The translations under genes were made by a program, and so were the position numbers. DNA of 63,109 nucleotides, counting the filler, from Octopus bimaculoides (taxonomy: Eukaryota): assembly GCF_001194135.2 (NCBI RefSeq). It is 5 parts of 5 records of this genome, joined end to end, with 100 filler letters (N's around TTAATTAATTAA, not from the genome) between each part and the next. Parts side by side here need not be neighbours in the genome. Positions count along the whole stretch, not along the records: positions 21,008 to 29,216 come from NC_069004.1; positions 29,317 to 43,831 come from NC_068982.1; 3 more parts are not named here. The stretch is one strand, 5' to 3'. Position 1 is the stretch's first letter. Every line of letters begins with the position of its first letter. The notes beneath the pieces were generated by a model. That model ran no database searches and was not told the origin of the DNA. It was given only the letters and a program-made list of their open reading frames with translations. Of the stretch, positions 24,245 through 38,228 are shown one piece after another.

Positions 24245-24736
24245 CTCAGTGAAGACTTCAATAAAATGTAAGCACAACAGACCTGATATAATGATTTGGG
24301 ATAGAGAAGAGGAACTGGGTACAGTTATGGAAATTAGGTGCCCAACGGATGTTAACGTAAAGCTGAAGATCAGTGAGAAAGAGAACACTTACGCTGAACT
24401 ATTGAGGAATCTGCAGTTACTCTATCCAGATTACAAGTTCAGGTTTATACCTGTAATTATTGGAGCCCTGGGATATGTAACACACTGCCTAAATACCAAT
24501 CTTGAGAAAGTAGGCTTCTCAAAAACAGAAAGGAGAAAGCTAATTTGAAGACTACAGATCCAATCATTCACTGGAACTGTAAAAATCTGTAAAACTTTCC
24601 AGAAGTTTATCATTTAAATATATATGAGCATGTCTAGATATGCAACTATATTAATGAAAATACATACATGAAACAAAACATACAAATTTGTATACATACA
24701 TACATACATACATACATACATACATACATACATACA
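24245..24736 (+). mobile_element. 5'-truncated RLE-type (R4-like) LINE 3' end with (TACA)n tail
   Basis: HNRPDIMIWDREEELGTVMEIRCPTDVNVKLKISEKENTY...PVIIGALG, then a short 3'UTR and (TACA)n. Preceded by (CATA)n. Confidence 0.8.
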
Positions 24737-24999
24737 AAAATATGATGTTGAAATTCCAATGAAGAGGCCTTGGATCTAGTTTAGAAACCGCCCTTTCTCT
24801 ATTGACAAGAAATCTTGAAATAAAACCGAACAATGACATACATACATACATACATACATACATACATACATACATACATACATACATACATACATACGTA
24901 CGTACGTACATACGTAATGCAAGAAAAACATCGCTTATATGCGTGCAGCTGTGAGGGAAAATTGTCGAATCACTATCCGTGTGCAAATTTGTTACAGTT

Positions 25000-25435
25000 C
25001 AGTTCAGTCCATTATTTGTGTGTGAGATGCGTGTTGGCCAAGTTTGTGCTGAAAATGCTTTCAGCTGACCAAAAAGACGCTCGGGTTACAATTGCACAAC
25101 ATTTCCTTGATTATGTCAAGAACAATGAAAACTCTTTGAAAACTTTGAAACTTTGAAAACTTTGAAAACTCTGAGCAGATGTCGCCAAGCTTTTGGCAAA
25201 ATTTGATGCAGATTCTCTGCTCAACTTGCTTTGTCATGGTCAATGCGACAAACACACGCTACACACGTTACTTCCAATCACTGCTGTATCAGTGAAAGTG
25301 AGCTAGAACGTTAAAACCTAGTGCACATGCACGGCAGAGTTAAAGGCCAATCTGTGCCAAGCAGGTTCACTCTGCATACTTTAGCTTCGTCACTGAAGCA
25401 ACTGTCCGGATACTTATTGATAAGACCGCATATTA
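25000..25435. mobile_element. Rearranged mariner fragments in opposite orientations
   Basis: + strand AKFVLKMLSADQKDARV (linker region) abuts - strand MTKQVEQRICIKFCQKLG (N-terminus). The junction carries (aaactttg)-like repeats. Confidence 0.65.
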
Positions 25436-25462
25436 ACTGGATGAGCTTTCTCTACTCTTTAT

Positions 25463-25507
<45 letters not shown>

Positions 25508-26000
25508 CACATACACATACACATACTCAGACACAGAAAGTCCACACACACTCACACTCACACTCACACACACAAACACGTTTCGACATCAAATAAATCT
25601 CTCAATTTACTTTTCTGCCTCTGTAAAGGAAAGATAAATGGCAAAATGCCTCAGATTTGACCTCGGACTAAACATTGGAAGTATTAAAATAACCACAATC
25701 ATCATCATCATCAACATCATCATTAACAACAACAACGACAACAACATCAATAATAACAATATCATATATTGCTGTGTCTTCTTTTTAAGTTTGAAAAATA
25801 TGAATTTGGTCAGCATGCATGTGTATACACGCACACATATATACACAAACACTGTGTACATATATGTGTATATATGTGTGCGCGTGTATGTATACACGCA
25901 CGCACACACACACACACACACACATGCATATATATATATGTATACACATATACATATGTGTATATACAGATGTATATACATACACACATATGTACGTGTC

Positions 26001-26368
26001 TTTTATCAGTCATTTGACCTCGGCTAAGTTGTACTTATTTTTTTAAAGCCTGATATTACTCTATCGTTCTATCTGTCGAACCGCTAAGTTACTGGATTGT
26101 AAACCCACCAGCACCGGTTGTCAAGCAGTGGTGGGGGACAAACATAGACACAAGGTTACACACACACACACACACACACACACATATGTGTATACATATA
26201 TATACGATGGGCTCCTTTCTGTTTCCGTCCACTAAATCGACTTAGAAAGCTTTGTCGGTCCGAAAATATAATAAAAGGCACTTGCCCAACGTGCTACACA
26301 GTGGGACAGAACCCGGAACCATGTGGTTGGGAAGCAAGCTTCTTACCATACAGCCACTCCTGCACCTA
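26001..26368 (-). mobile_element. SINE family A copy
   Basis: Reverse complement of 7237-7622, more diverged. Confidence 0.8.
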
Positions 26369-26414
26369 TATATAGATATATGTATAATATATGTAAATGG
26401 ATAAGTAAATAAAT

Positions 26415-26475
<61 letters not shown>

Positions 26476-26589
26476 GTTTTGCAAACAACTTGCAGATGCA
26501 ATTGCTGCCAGTTGAAAGCTTTGCATACCGGATGCCGGCAAGTTATGGGGTCATCAGTTTATGGGGTCATCAGTTTATGGGGTTATCAG

Positions 26590-27632
26590 TTTATGGGGTC
26601 ATTCGGGGAAACAAAATAAAAGTTGCAAGTAGCAAGATCGGATGAATAGAGAGGACGAGTAAGCGGGGTCGTGCCATTTTTGGTTAAAAACTGTCTCACA
26701 CTCAAGGCAATGTGTGATGAAACCATCTCTCTCCACTTTGCCACAGGTCGAGACGTTTTCATCGCACCGTGTTTCGCAGACACTTCAGAACTTCCAAGTA
26801 AAATGTCTGGTTAACAGTTTGACCAGGAAGAACAAATACTGTGTGGACCATTCCTTTCGCATCGATGAAACAAATTAGCATCGTCTTGACGTTGGACTTC
26901 ACTAGACGCACTTGTGGGGGGCATGGTGACATTGAATGAATCCATTGACTTGATTGCTGCTTCTTTTCCGGGTCTTAGTCCTAGCACCAGCTTTCATCAC
27001 CAGTGAAGACCTTCGAAAAACAAAGATCTGGATCAATTTCCAAATATTCTTTCAGTTCACGACACGCATCCAGTCGTGACTAATTTTGATCTTCTGTGAG
27101 CAAACGAGGGACTAATTTTGCTGCAACTCTTTTCATTCCAAATTTCTCGCTGAAAATTCGTTGGCAGGAGCTCCTGGACACACCAATCATATGAACAAGT
27201 TCGTCAATTGTTCGTCGACGGTTTCTCAAGAACAGTTCATGAATTTTCGTGATGTTTTCATTCGTTCGGGAGGTCGATGGTCGTCCTGAACGAGGTTGGT
27301 GTTCAAACGAGGAGTGACTATTCCTAAAGCGTGAAAACAATTCGTAAACTTGTGCTTTACACATGGTAGCGTCCTTGTAAGCTGTTTGAAGCATGACAAT
27401 TGTTTCGGCCACCATTTTCCCCAGCAAACAGAATTTCGGTTCAGCCATCGCAAAAATCGACGAACAGGGGAGAAGCACCACAAGACAATGGCGCACCACG
27501 CAGCAGGACGACGCCGGTCAGAAGACTGATGCGTGAGGGTAGCATCAAGTGACTTCTAGCGGTGGAAGTCTGAACTACTACTGCCTTGTCCCACAAAGAA
27601 CGTTTCCGGTTACTTTTGGGTACTCCCTCGTA
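26590..27632 (-). mobile_element. Mariner transposon, 3'-truncated, 5' TIR present
   Basis: TIR (rc) TACGAGGGAGTACCCAAAAGT at 27632. KFCLLGK...QPRSGRPSTSRTNENITKI...KRVAAKLVPRLLTEDQ; VRQFLTKN...PLYSSDLATCNFY. Confidence 0.87.
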
Positions 27633-28079
27633 CATACATAAGTACTTACATATACGCACATATGTACGTTTGTGTGTACTTGGTAACGTGAGTGTGCTTG
27701 CGCGTGTGTGTGTGCGCGTGTGTGTGTGCGCGTGTGTGTGTGCGCGTGTGTGTGCGAACGCGCGCGTACAAGTACGAAGTACACTCATGCGTATACACAT
27801 ATACGTACTTGTGTTCATATGTATAGTCGTTTGATTCGTGCATGTACAATGTTTTCGCGCGCGCTCCTCCTTATGTGTACGCCAGCATTTATGTATATAT
27901 TTGTACACATCATTATGGTATATCTCCCTACTGAGTAAAAACACGCGTAAGATGCGCGATCATCTGTTATCATAACAACGCTTTGAATACGTTTGGCAGC
28001 TTCAGTGTCCACTCTTCGGGCTATAATCAAAACACCGGTAACTATCGACACACCACAACCTCTTTCTCTTCCTCGCATA

Positions 28080-28857
28080 CTACCCTTCTCTTTCTCTCTC
28101 TCTCTCTCTCTCTAACTAACATTTTGTTTGCATTTCTCTATCACAGTCATCTCTCACTTCCTTTCTTTTCTTTTATTTCTTTATCCCTTCTCTTTCTGTC
28201 TTTCTCTCACTCACTCACTCACCTCTCTCACTCTCTCTCTCTCTCTCTTTCTCTCACTTATTCCCTACCGCTCTCTCTTGCTTTCCCCCTCTATTTCATT
28301 CATGCACTGCACACATACATACGCACACACACAAACTCTCTCTGTACATTTGTGTACAACACATTTGCTTACAAAAGGTAAGTTACAACGTACTATTTTT
28401 CTTAGGGTTTTCGCTCTGCTTTTCTACATATTCTTTCTTTTATTCTTCCTTTCTACCTATCTTTCCTTCGTAAATCAACCGCCACGCTCAATCTTTATAT
28501 TCCCTTCTTTTTCTTTTACTTTACTTCTTTTCGTTTTCGATGTTTTCATTTTTTCTTTTTACATTCTTTGTCCCCGCTTAGTCTTATTCTTCCTTCTTCT
28601 TTCTTTCTTTCTTTCTTTTTCTTTCTTTCTTTCTCCCTTACCATCTTTCTTTCTTTGGTTCTTTCCCTTCTCCCCGTCTGTCTGTCTTTATATCGTCATT
28701 ATTAATCTATTTTATTTTATCCTGTTTTCTTCGTCGTCGTTTCCTTTGACAGATCCAAATTGCTTGTCGTCTGCTAAATTGAACATTGCTTTTTCCCTTT
28801 GCACCCCTCTCTCCCTCCGTCTCTCTCTTTCTCCACCCCGTCTCTCTCTCTCTATTT

Positions 28858-28908
<51 letters not shown>

Positions 28909-28910
28909 TG
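28080..28910. repeat. CT/T-rich low-complexity tract ending in (GATA)n
   Basis: Direct reading; it explains the F/L/S-rich 245-aa ORF. Confidence 0.9.
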
Positions 28911-29139
28911 TATATATAATATGTACATGTGTATGTCTGTATCTAAGTATAAAATTCTTTAACAAGAAGAGTGTTGACAGTAATTTATCATAGTCCGATA
29001 ACGCTAAGAAAACCGAAACTTCGAAGTTACTGTTAACATAATTCTTGCTAAAGAATAATGAATATATACTCCACAAAAAGTATTGAATAATTCAGTTTAA
29101 TATAATTGCTATTTTAATTCAACATAAAAACAAACATTA

Positions 29140-29216
<77 letters not shown>

Positions 29217-29316
29217 NNNNNNNNNNNNNNNNNNNNNNNNNNNNNNNNNNNNNNNNNNNNTTAATTAATTAANNNNNNNNNNNNNNNNNNNNNNNNNNNN
29301 NNNNNNNNNNNNNNNN

Positions 29317-29397
<81 letters not shown>

Positions 29398-29747
29398 CAA
29401 CAGGCTTCTTTCAGTTTCCACCTACCAAATGAACTCACAAGGCTTTAGTTGGCCGGAGGCTATAGTAGAAGACATTTGCCAAGGTGCTATGCAGTGGGAC
29501 TGAACCTGGATCCATGTGGTTGAGAAACAAGCTTCTTACCACACAGCCAAGCCTAGCTGTGTAGCCTAGTGGATACTTTGTTGAGCACACAGTCATGAGT
29601 TCAGTTCCTGGACTGAATGGTGTGTTGAGTCCTTGAGCAAGGCACTTCATTTTATGTTGCTCCAGTCTGTTCAACAGAAAATGAATACCAGCTACATGCT
29701 GGCACAACCATCCCTCCTTTCAGCTGTCATATTCTTAATGTTCTCAG

Positions 29748-30180
29748 GTGGCAAGCTAGCAGAAACGTTAGCACACCAGGCAAAATGCTTCGCTATATTT
29801 CATCAGCCACTACATTCTGAGTTCAAATTCCACCGATGTTGACTTTGCTTTTCATCCTTTTGGAATCGATAAATTAAGTACCAGTTACGCACTGGGGTCG
29901 ATGTAATTGACTTAATCCCTTTGTCTGTCCTTGTTTGTCCCCTCTATGTTTAGCCCCTTGTGGGCAATAAAGAAATAAGAAACGTTAGCGCGCCAGGCAA
30001 AATGCTTAGCAGTATTTTGTCTGTTTTTATGTTCTGAGTACAAGTTCCGCCAAGGTCAACTTTGCCTTTCATCCTTTTGGGGTTGATAATTTAAGTACCA
30101 ATTATGTACTGGGGTTGATCTAATTGACTGGCCCCCTCCCCAAAGTTTTCAGGCCTTGTGCCTAGAGTAGAAAAGAATAT
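29748..30180 (+). mobile_element. Two tandem copies of SINE family D
   Basis: gaaacgttagcac.ccggg.aaatgctt...gagttcaaattcc, core gactttgcctttcatcctttcggggtcgat...taagtaccag...actggggtcgat. Other copies: 58437-58704(+), 31295-31520(+), 33815-33990(+), 46850-46990(+), 6690-6900(-), 2890-3015(-). Confidence 0.8.
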
Positions 30181-31836
30181 TCTTGATGTTCTGCTGGATC
30201 AAGAGTGGGAATACTAAGAGAGGGTTACATCTGCTTGTGACTACACAAGCACTTAAAACAATTAGTGAAAGCATGGTATACATGTTAGCAAGTTTTACAC
30301 ACTTGCAGGTTATGACAATGGTTAACCTTTCTCTTTTGTTCATAAGTAGGAAGGGTGCAGCGAAGTCCCTCAAACACAAACCAACAGTCTTATGTGAGGT
30401 AACCAATTTCAATGTTGGTGACACTTATGTAAAGTAGACTCAATGGTGGTTCATCTGTCTAAGAGTGTTTGTGATTAACAGTGACAATGATTAAGCATAT
30501 TACATCCTGAAGGATGAGTTTGAGGGACCTGATCAAACTCTGAACATATTAGATTTGGTATAATGATGATCAGAGAAGGTCCTGTTGACAAAAAACTGTG
30601 ATGGAGCAGTTTTACGGAAAATATCTGATCCAATAAATGTCAGTAAAACTTGTTTAGCTACATGTCAGTTCTAAACAAACCGACCAATTGATTAAAACAT
30701 TGTAGCTTTGACTATCTAGTTTTTCATTTTTTTTTTTGTATATCCAAACTGTCCTTCCTATTTTAAGATGGTAAAGTGTAATTTAAGGGAATATATCTAT
30801 CATTTCTAGCCTGCTGACTGACTGGATAGACGGTGTTATGTTGTTTTTTTTTAGCAATGATTAGATAACATAGGACCTTCTCTTGTCAGGCAAGTTCAGA
30901 AGCCTGGTTACTGTCAGGGCAACAATATTGGTTTTTACCCAAGTTCTCTAGTGTGAAGGACTGTTGGTTAGTGTATAAGGGACAAGTGTCCATGAGATCT
31001 GACTCTACAAACCGTGCTGATAATTACTATGTATTACAGCAAAAACGTTGGCAATGAATCCTTGCTATTGGTTAAAAGGTGTCTGTTTGTGCTACCTTCA
31101 TTCAAAACTATCAGTTGTAATCAATCTGAAGACATACTTCAACAGAAATTAGTTCACAAACTTCCCTTCTCCGATAGCTAAGATACCAAAATAGTCTCAC
31201 ATAGATGATGCTATGACTGCTAATATCTGCTTGGCACATATTGTAGATTGCATTGTAGGGTGCATCTTTCAATGAAGGTTGATATCTAAAAGTTAGGGTT
31301 GCAAACTGGCAGAAATGTTAGTGCCACAGACAAAATGCTCGGCAGCATTTCATTCATCTTTGCATTCTGAGTTCAAATTCAGTCAAAGTCAACTTTGCCT
31401 TTCATTCTTTTTTGGGGGCGGGGGCGATAAAATAAGTACCAGGGGGATACTGGGCTCAATGTTATCAACTTACTCGCCCTTTTGAACTTGCTGGCTTTGC
31501 ACCAAAATTTGAAACCAATATTTAAAAGTTTTATTGTTGATTCTTTGGGTGAAGCACTCGGATGAGAGCTACAGGATTGTCTAAGCGTTGACTGCATTTT
31601 GCAAGAAACAACAAATCCTAAAGTCAATGAAACCCTTTATGAAAATCAAGAAAAAGAACTACAATATTCCTTTTACTTGATTCAGTCATTAGACTGCGAC
31701 CATGCCCAATACATTTTTTTAAGCTCGGTACTTATTTTATCAGTCTTCTTTGCCAAACCACTAAGTTACAGAGATGTAAACAAACCAACACTGGTTGTCA
31801 AACAGTGGTGAGAGACAAATACACACAAAGACATAT

Positions 31837-31877
<41 letters not shown>

Positions 31878-33004
31878 CACAAAGACATACACACACAAAA
31901 GCACACAAAGACACACACACACACAAAGACATACTCATGCAAAGACACACACAGACACACACGCACACGCGCGCACACACACACACACATATTTAAGAAG
32001 ATAAAAATCATCTTAAGATATGAAAATCCAGGAAGTCTGGGGAGATCTCATACAAAAGGCAAGTTCTCTTACTATTGATTACTTAGTAGTTCACTGTCTG
32101 TACTATGTAAAAATCAAATTACCTAATACAGGAAGTTGATACTACATTGTCAATAACATGTCTGTCACATTGAGGTTTTGATATGTCTATGATATCATCA
32201 TCATCATCTTTCAATGTCCATCTTTTCTGGTGTCATAGGTTAAATGATTTGACAAGGTCGGACAAGGTGGAGGACTGCATCATGCAGTGATGTCCACTTG
32301 GGCATGGTTTCAATTGCTGGAGGCCCCTCCTAATGCCAGTGACATTACAGAGTGTATGGAGTGTTTTTTTCTTCTATGGTACCAGTAGTAGTGATGATCA
32401 CTTAGTAATTCACAAGGCTAAGGGTCTAAAGTGGCCCTTGTAACTGAGAAAAGTGGAGGGTGATTTTTAGACAGAGAGATGAGGGAATGGTCAACCAAAA
32501 GGGATCTTGGAGGTGTATGGAGAGAAAAGGAATTAGATAGGGTTGAGAAAAAGGGAAGGGTCAGAGTTGAAAAAATTGATGTGGTGTGTTTGCATAAGGA
32601 GGGTGGTCTAGCGCTACCCAACATTATAAAGGTTAAGTATGCACAGGTGTGGGGGAAAGAGGACAGGGAGGGAACAATAGACTTAGGTGGTGATGAATCT
32701 TGAGTGAGTCATGGAAGGAAAGAAGGTAGGGGTTCACGGTAGTGGGTCATAGGAAGGAGATGAGAAGGGGTGCTGGGGTGTTAAGGTTGTGGGGAGAGAG
32801 GATTTTGAGAGAACATGAGGCAGAGAGAGAGAGAGAAAGCAATTAAGGTTTGAAAAACTAGTAATGCTATGTGTGTGTGTGGGTGTGTTTGTGTGCATGT
32901 GTGAATGTGTGTGTGTGTGTGCATGAGTATGTGTGCGTATGCATGTGTACATCTGTGAGTGTGTGTGTGTGTGTGTATAAATATGTGTGTGTATGTATGT
33001 GTGA

Positions 33005-33036
<32 letters not shown>

Positions 33037-33283
33037 CTATGTGCATGTCTGTTGTTATGCTTTTCAGCTTGGTGATATTTCATGAGGTACAGAAACAGCC
33101 AACGGCTATGATTCATAAAAAATCAACAGGTACAGATATGGTTAGATTTTTCCCAACTTACTACAATATGACACAAGTTTTGATTAAATTAATATTTCTT
33201 CCTACTCTAGGCACAGCCTGAAATTTTGTTGTGAGGAAATTACATCAATCCCAGTGTTCAACTGGTTCTTATTTTATCACCTC

Positions 33284-33660
33284 TATGTGTCAGTGGCATG
33301 TAAAAAGCACTATTTGCGCATGGTTGATGCCACTTCCGCCTGACTGGCTCCCATGCTGGTGGCACATAAAAAGCACCATTTGAGCATGGTCAATGCCAGT
33401 ACTGCCTGTCAGTGCCATGTCAGTGGCATGTAAAAAGCACCAGTTGAGCATGGTTGATACCAGTGCCGCCTGACTGGCCCCCATGCATGCACTACACTCT
33501 TGGAGTGGTTGGCATTAGGAAGGGCATCCAGCTGTAGAAACCTTGCCATATCAGACTGGAGCCTGGTGCAGCCTCCTAGCTTGCCAGTCCTCAGTCAAAC
33601 CATCCAACCATCCAACGCGTGGAAAGCGGATATTAAAAGATGATGATAATGAGGATGATG
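33284..33660 (+). mobile_element. Family C copy with about 3 internal ~65-bp tandem units
   Basis: The unit gtggcatgtaaaaagcacc(a)tttgagcatgg..gccagt.ccgcctgactggc is repeated, followed by the family C 3' end. Confidence 0.75.
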
Positions 33661-34543
33661 TAGGGATGGAAGGAAAAGTCAACCTCAGCAGAATTTGAAC
33701 TCAGAATGTAAAGTCAGAAAGAAAAGCCCCTCGGCATTTTCCAACACGCTAATGGTTCCATCAGTTTGCCAGCCTACTGACTGAATTAATATTAGTGGTG
33801 TGAATAAGGTAGTGAACTGGCAGAACTGTTAGCATGCTGGGAAAAATGCTTAGCAGTATTTCGTCCATCTTTACGTTCTGAGTTCAAATTCTGCCGAGAT
33901 TGACTTTGTCTTTCTTCCTTTCAAGGTTGATAAAATAAGAACCGGTTGCGTACTAGGGTCGATGTATTTTAGGGCTTCTGCCAGAATTTGAAACCAACAC
34001 TGGTGGTGTGAATACATTGGTAAGAAGTGTAGTCATTATAACAAAAATGTATTGTAAACAAAGAAGCCATCTTGAAAATAGCTTTCTTGAGGATAAATTT
34101 TAATTCCAATCCTTTTTAGCCTTAAAGATCAGGATTAGCATATCTTCCTTTTATCATTAGCATTAAAGGGTAAAGACCCCCTTCAATCATGAACAATCAT
34201 GGGATTGCACCTAGAAAGTTACCCTCCGAGGCACAAGTCCAAGCAAGGTTGTTTATGGAAGACCAGCAGTTGCTCATGCATACCAGCCTCCCCTCTCTGT
34301 GCCACCAATGTTATCCAAGGGAAAAGCAAAGGCTGATACAGCTTGGCGCCAGTGATGTCACAACTCATTTCTACAGATGAGTGAACTGGAGCAACGTTAA
34401 ATGAAGTATCTTGCTCAAGAACACAACACACAGTCAGGTCCAGGAATCGAACTCATTACCTCATGATTATGAGCCCAATGCTCTAACCACTGATCTATGA
34501 ATCTTTACTATTATTATCATTAATACCTTGATATTTCAAGTCA

Positions 34544-34773
34544 TTAACCCTATTAATATCAACCAACCTGCGACCACCCTTAGCTCTATGATACAAACAT
34601 TCTATTTTAAAGTGATCTAAATTAAAACCTTCCATCAAAATTTCATGTTAATTCATATCCCAAACTGCTGCTTAATAATGACAGATTCATTTTACTAAAT
34701 TCTTCGTTATTTTAAAAATCACTTGAAACAATGACAGTCTATTTCAACAGAAATATGGTAACAAAAGAGTTAA
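34544..34773. mobile_element. TTAA-bounded MITE-like element (similar ends at about 37253-37470 and 11222-11335)
   Basis: ttaaccct...aaaagagttaa termini. 37370-37465 shares internal sequence with 11225-11330. Confidence 0.45.
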
Positions 34774-37700
34774 TGTTTATGAAATTAACACTATTTACTA
34801 CACTAGAGCTAAGAATAAATAAGCAATTATCTTTTTTATGATTTTTATTGTCAGCCTAAACTCTCAGGACTCATTGCTGCAATTTTGGCCTTATAAAAGA
34901 CTTTCATGAGTTTGGTGGGATTTAAAAACCAATAATTAAAAGCAATAAAAGAATTCTTTATTGCACACTATTTTCTACTTCTCAACTAAGTACATTATGT
35001 CTTAACCTTATAATTAGCTTTCTAGTTGTGACCACATTTTAACTGCCTTCTCCTCCTCTTCCTCATTATCATCATCCTAAAGGTTGCTGGTAGCAACAGC
35101 AGCAGCAGTGATGCTACTACTGCCACTACTACCACAGCCACCATCACCACTGTTGTTATCATCACCATCACCAAGTTCACTATCACTATCATCGTTTTGA
35201 AATGCTACTATTATTACCAGCATATCACTATCTCTTCCTGTGTGCTCCTTTTTCATCTTATCTGTTAAGATTCTAAACCCTGAAATTTTACTTCACCACT
35301 TCTTCCTGTGTCTTTCCCTGTCTTCTAAAATATGTACCTTCATCTGTCAGCACTCAAGGTTTTTTTCACCCATCACTCATTACTCAAATGTATTAACAAT
35401 CCCAGTATATTCATCTTTTCTATATACTTAAGATGTTGTGATTCAGTTTTTATTAATTTATAAAAATAAAAAAAACTCATTTAGATTACTTTTACACATC
35501 CAGTAATTTCTACCAAAGTGGTGGTGGATTTGGTGATAGGGGTAGTTTTGGGGGTGGGGGTGGTCGTCGTCGTTGTTGTCATCGTCATCATGGTGGTTGT
35601 GGTGGTAACAGCAGTGATGGTGACAGCGGCTGAGACAACATTGATGATGATGATGATGATGATGTTATTTCTTAGAACTTCAGTATATTGTTTAAGTTAG
35701 GCTACATGATTGATTTGATGAATGCAGAAGAGATGGTTACAATGTGTAAGTCCATAAAAATGTTAGGTAAAATTTAGTTTCTGTATCAGTTCAAACAATG
35801 TTCATAATAATTGATTTGCTGGCTCATGTGTATACATTACACTGGATGAAATATAGCTAAAGTAATCAACTCTAGCTCAACATTTGGAGGAGTTGCATGT
35901 GTGATAAGCACATCTCACAGAGCTTTCTCTTCTGATAATAGAGAAAATCTTTCCCTAAGTCTTTTAACTATAATACAGAAAGTCTAAACTGGAAAAATTC
36001 CAGTAATTGCTCAATGTCAAAATTTACTGACTATGGTCCTAAATGTTATTAATTTCCTTTGCTTGTCAATCTAGATATAAGCTTCTATCTCTTTTTATAA
36101 TGAAGCATACTTAAAGTACAGATATAATAGCTTCAATCTAAGAAAATGATCTTGTGAACCGGAGATAGTTCGACATGCATCTTAATTTCATATATAATTT
36201 CCCAGTGTTGTCATGTACTAAATTTTATTCACCAAGCAGCAGAGTTAAGTAGCAAATGTACTCTATAATAAGCAAACACTACAAAATATTCATGTCAAAA
36301 GTAATTTTCTGAATCAATTCTAGCAGTTACTTAAGTGTCAGTGATAAGGTGTGTCTGAAGAAAGCTAATGGAATAGAAATTAGAATTGACTAAATAAGAC
36401 TGACAGATATGAGAACTATTGAATATAACTAACAGAAATGGAGAAGGGAATGAAAAACTGAGTAAAATGAATAGGAGCAGGCATGGTTGTGTGGTAAGAA
36501 GTTTGCCTACTGATACACAGTTCTGGGTTCAGTCCAACTGCATGGTAACTTAAGCAAGTGACTTCTACTATAGCTTTGAGCCAACCAATGCCTTGTTAGT
36601 AGATGTGGTAGACGGAAATGGAAAGAAGCCCATCGTGTATGTGTGTGTGCGTGTGTATGTGTTTGATCCAGTGTTTGTCCTCCACCATTACTTGACAGCC
36701 AGTGTTCATGTATTTAAATCGTCATAACTTAGCTGTTCAGTGAAGGTGCATAGCTTAGTGGTTTGGGCATTTGGCTCATAATCATAAGGTCATGCATTCA
36801 ATTCCTGGTTTCACATTGTGTCCTTGAGCAAAACACTTTATCTCATGTTGCTCCAGTCCACTCAGCTGGCAAAAATTATTAGTACCTGTATTTCAAAGGG
36901 CTAGCCTTGTCACATTCTGTGTCACACTGAATCTCCTTGAGAACTACATTAAGGGTACACATGTCTGTGGAGTGCTCAACCACTTGCACATTAATTTCCT
37001 GAGCAGGCTGTTCTGTTGATCGGATCAACTGAAACTCTTGCTGTTGTAACCAATTGAGTGCCAACTTAATGGTTCAGCAAAAGAGACTGATACAGTAAGT
37101 ACCGGGCTTCAAAAGGAAAAGATTCTGTGGTCAATTCATTAAACTGGAATTCTTCACAACAGTGTCCCAACATGGCCACAGTCTAATGACTGAAACAAGT
37201 CAAAAAAAAGAAAGAATAATTGGTTGTTACAATGAAATAAGCATGAAAGTTTAACTCTTTAGCATTCAGATTACTCTGTCAAATATAATTCTTATTTATT
37301 CAGATTGCTTTGGATTAGTCATGAATTACCTTGTAGCTTTGAGATTTCAATGATGCAATTGTTTAGTTTTAGAATGACATCGTAGTGTAGGAGTGAGAGG
37401 CTGGATCTGGCCAGTTTGAAGATAAAACAGGTAGATTATTTTGGCTGGATGTGGCTGGTTTAAGTGCTACTTTAGCACTAAGGAAAGGAAATAGGAAGTT
37501 GTAGTAGTTGAGACATGGAGGCGCATGGCTTAGTGGTTAGGGTGTCAGCATCATGATTGTAAGATTGTGGTTTCGATTCCTGGACTGGGCGATGTGTTGT
37601 GTTCTTGAGCAAAACACTTCATTTCACATTGCTCCAGTCCACTCAGCTGGTAAAAATGAGTAACGCTGTGATGGACTGGCGTCCTGTCCAGCTGGGGAAC

Positions 37701-38122
37701 ACATACGCCGTTGAAACCGGGAAACTGGGCCCATGAACCTGGCTAGGCTTTAAAAGGGCACGTTTATTTTTAGTAGTTGAGACACAGTTACTCCAGTAGG
37801 AATTACAGACATGGCATCTACTTGGAATCAAGACTGACCTCTTGTAGTCAAGAACTTATCTCTGCTCTTTGGTACATGATGAAGAAAACAGGGCAAACAA
37901 AAATATTATCTGAACAATTTATGAATTAATTATATCTTCACATCCAGCACACTGTATTTTATTTGCATTTTGAGTTTCTTCAATTGTTTGGCAAAAAAAT
38001 AATAAAACAGTAATTTATAATTCCCGATTATCTTTAAACTTACTTTTGGGGTAAATGTTGATAAACATGGTGTTCCTACTTCTTAAGTTCAGAACAGTTG
38101 AATCTTAAAATTTATGCCAAAT

Positions 38123-38228
<106 letters not shown>

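Noticed and set aside
33284-33490. Repeat-spacer appearance suggesting a CRISPR array
   Set aside because: The units are contiguous degenerate tandem copies with no unique spacers, there are no cas genes, and the context is eukaryotic inside a SINE.
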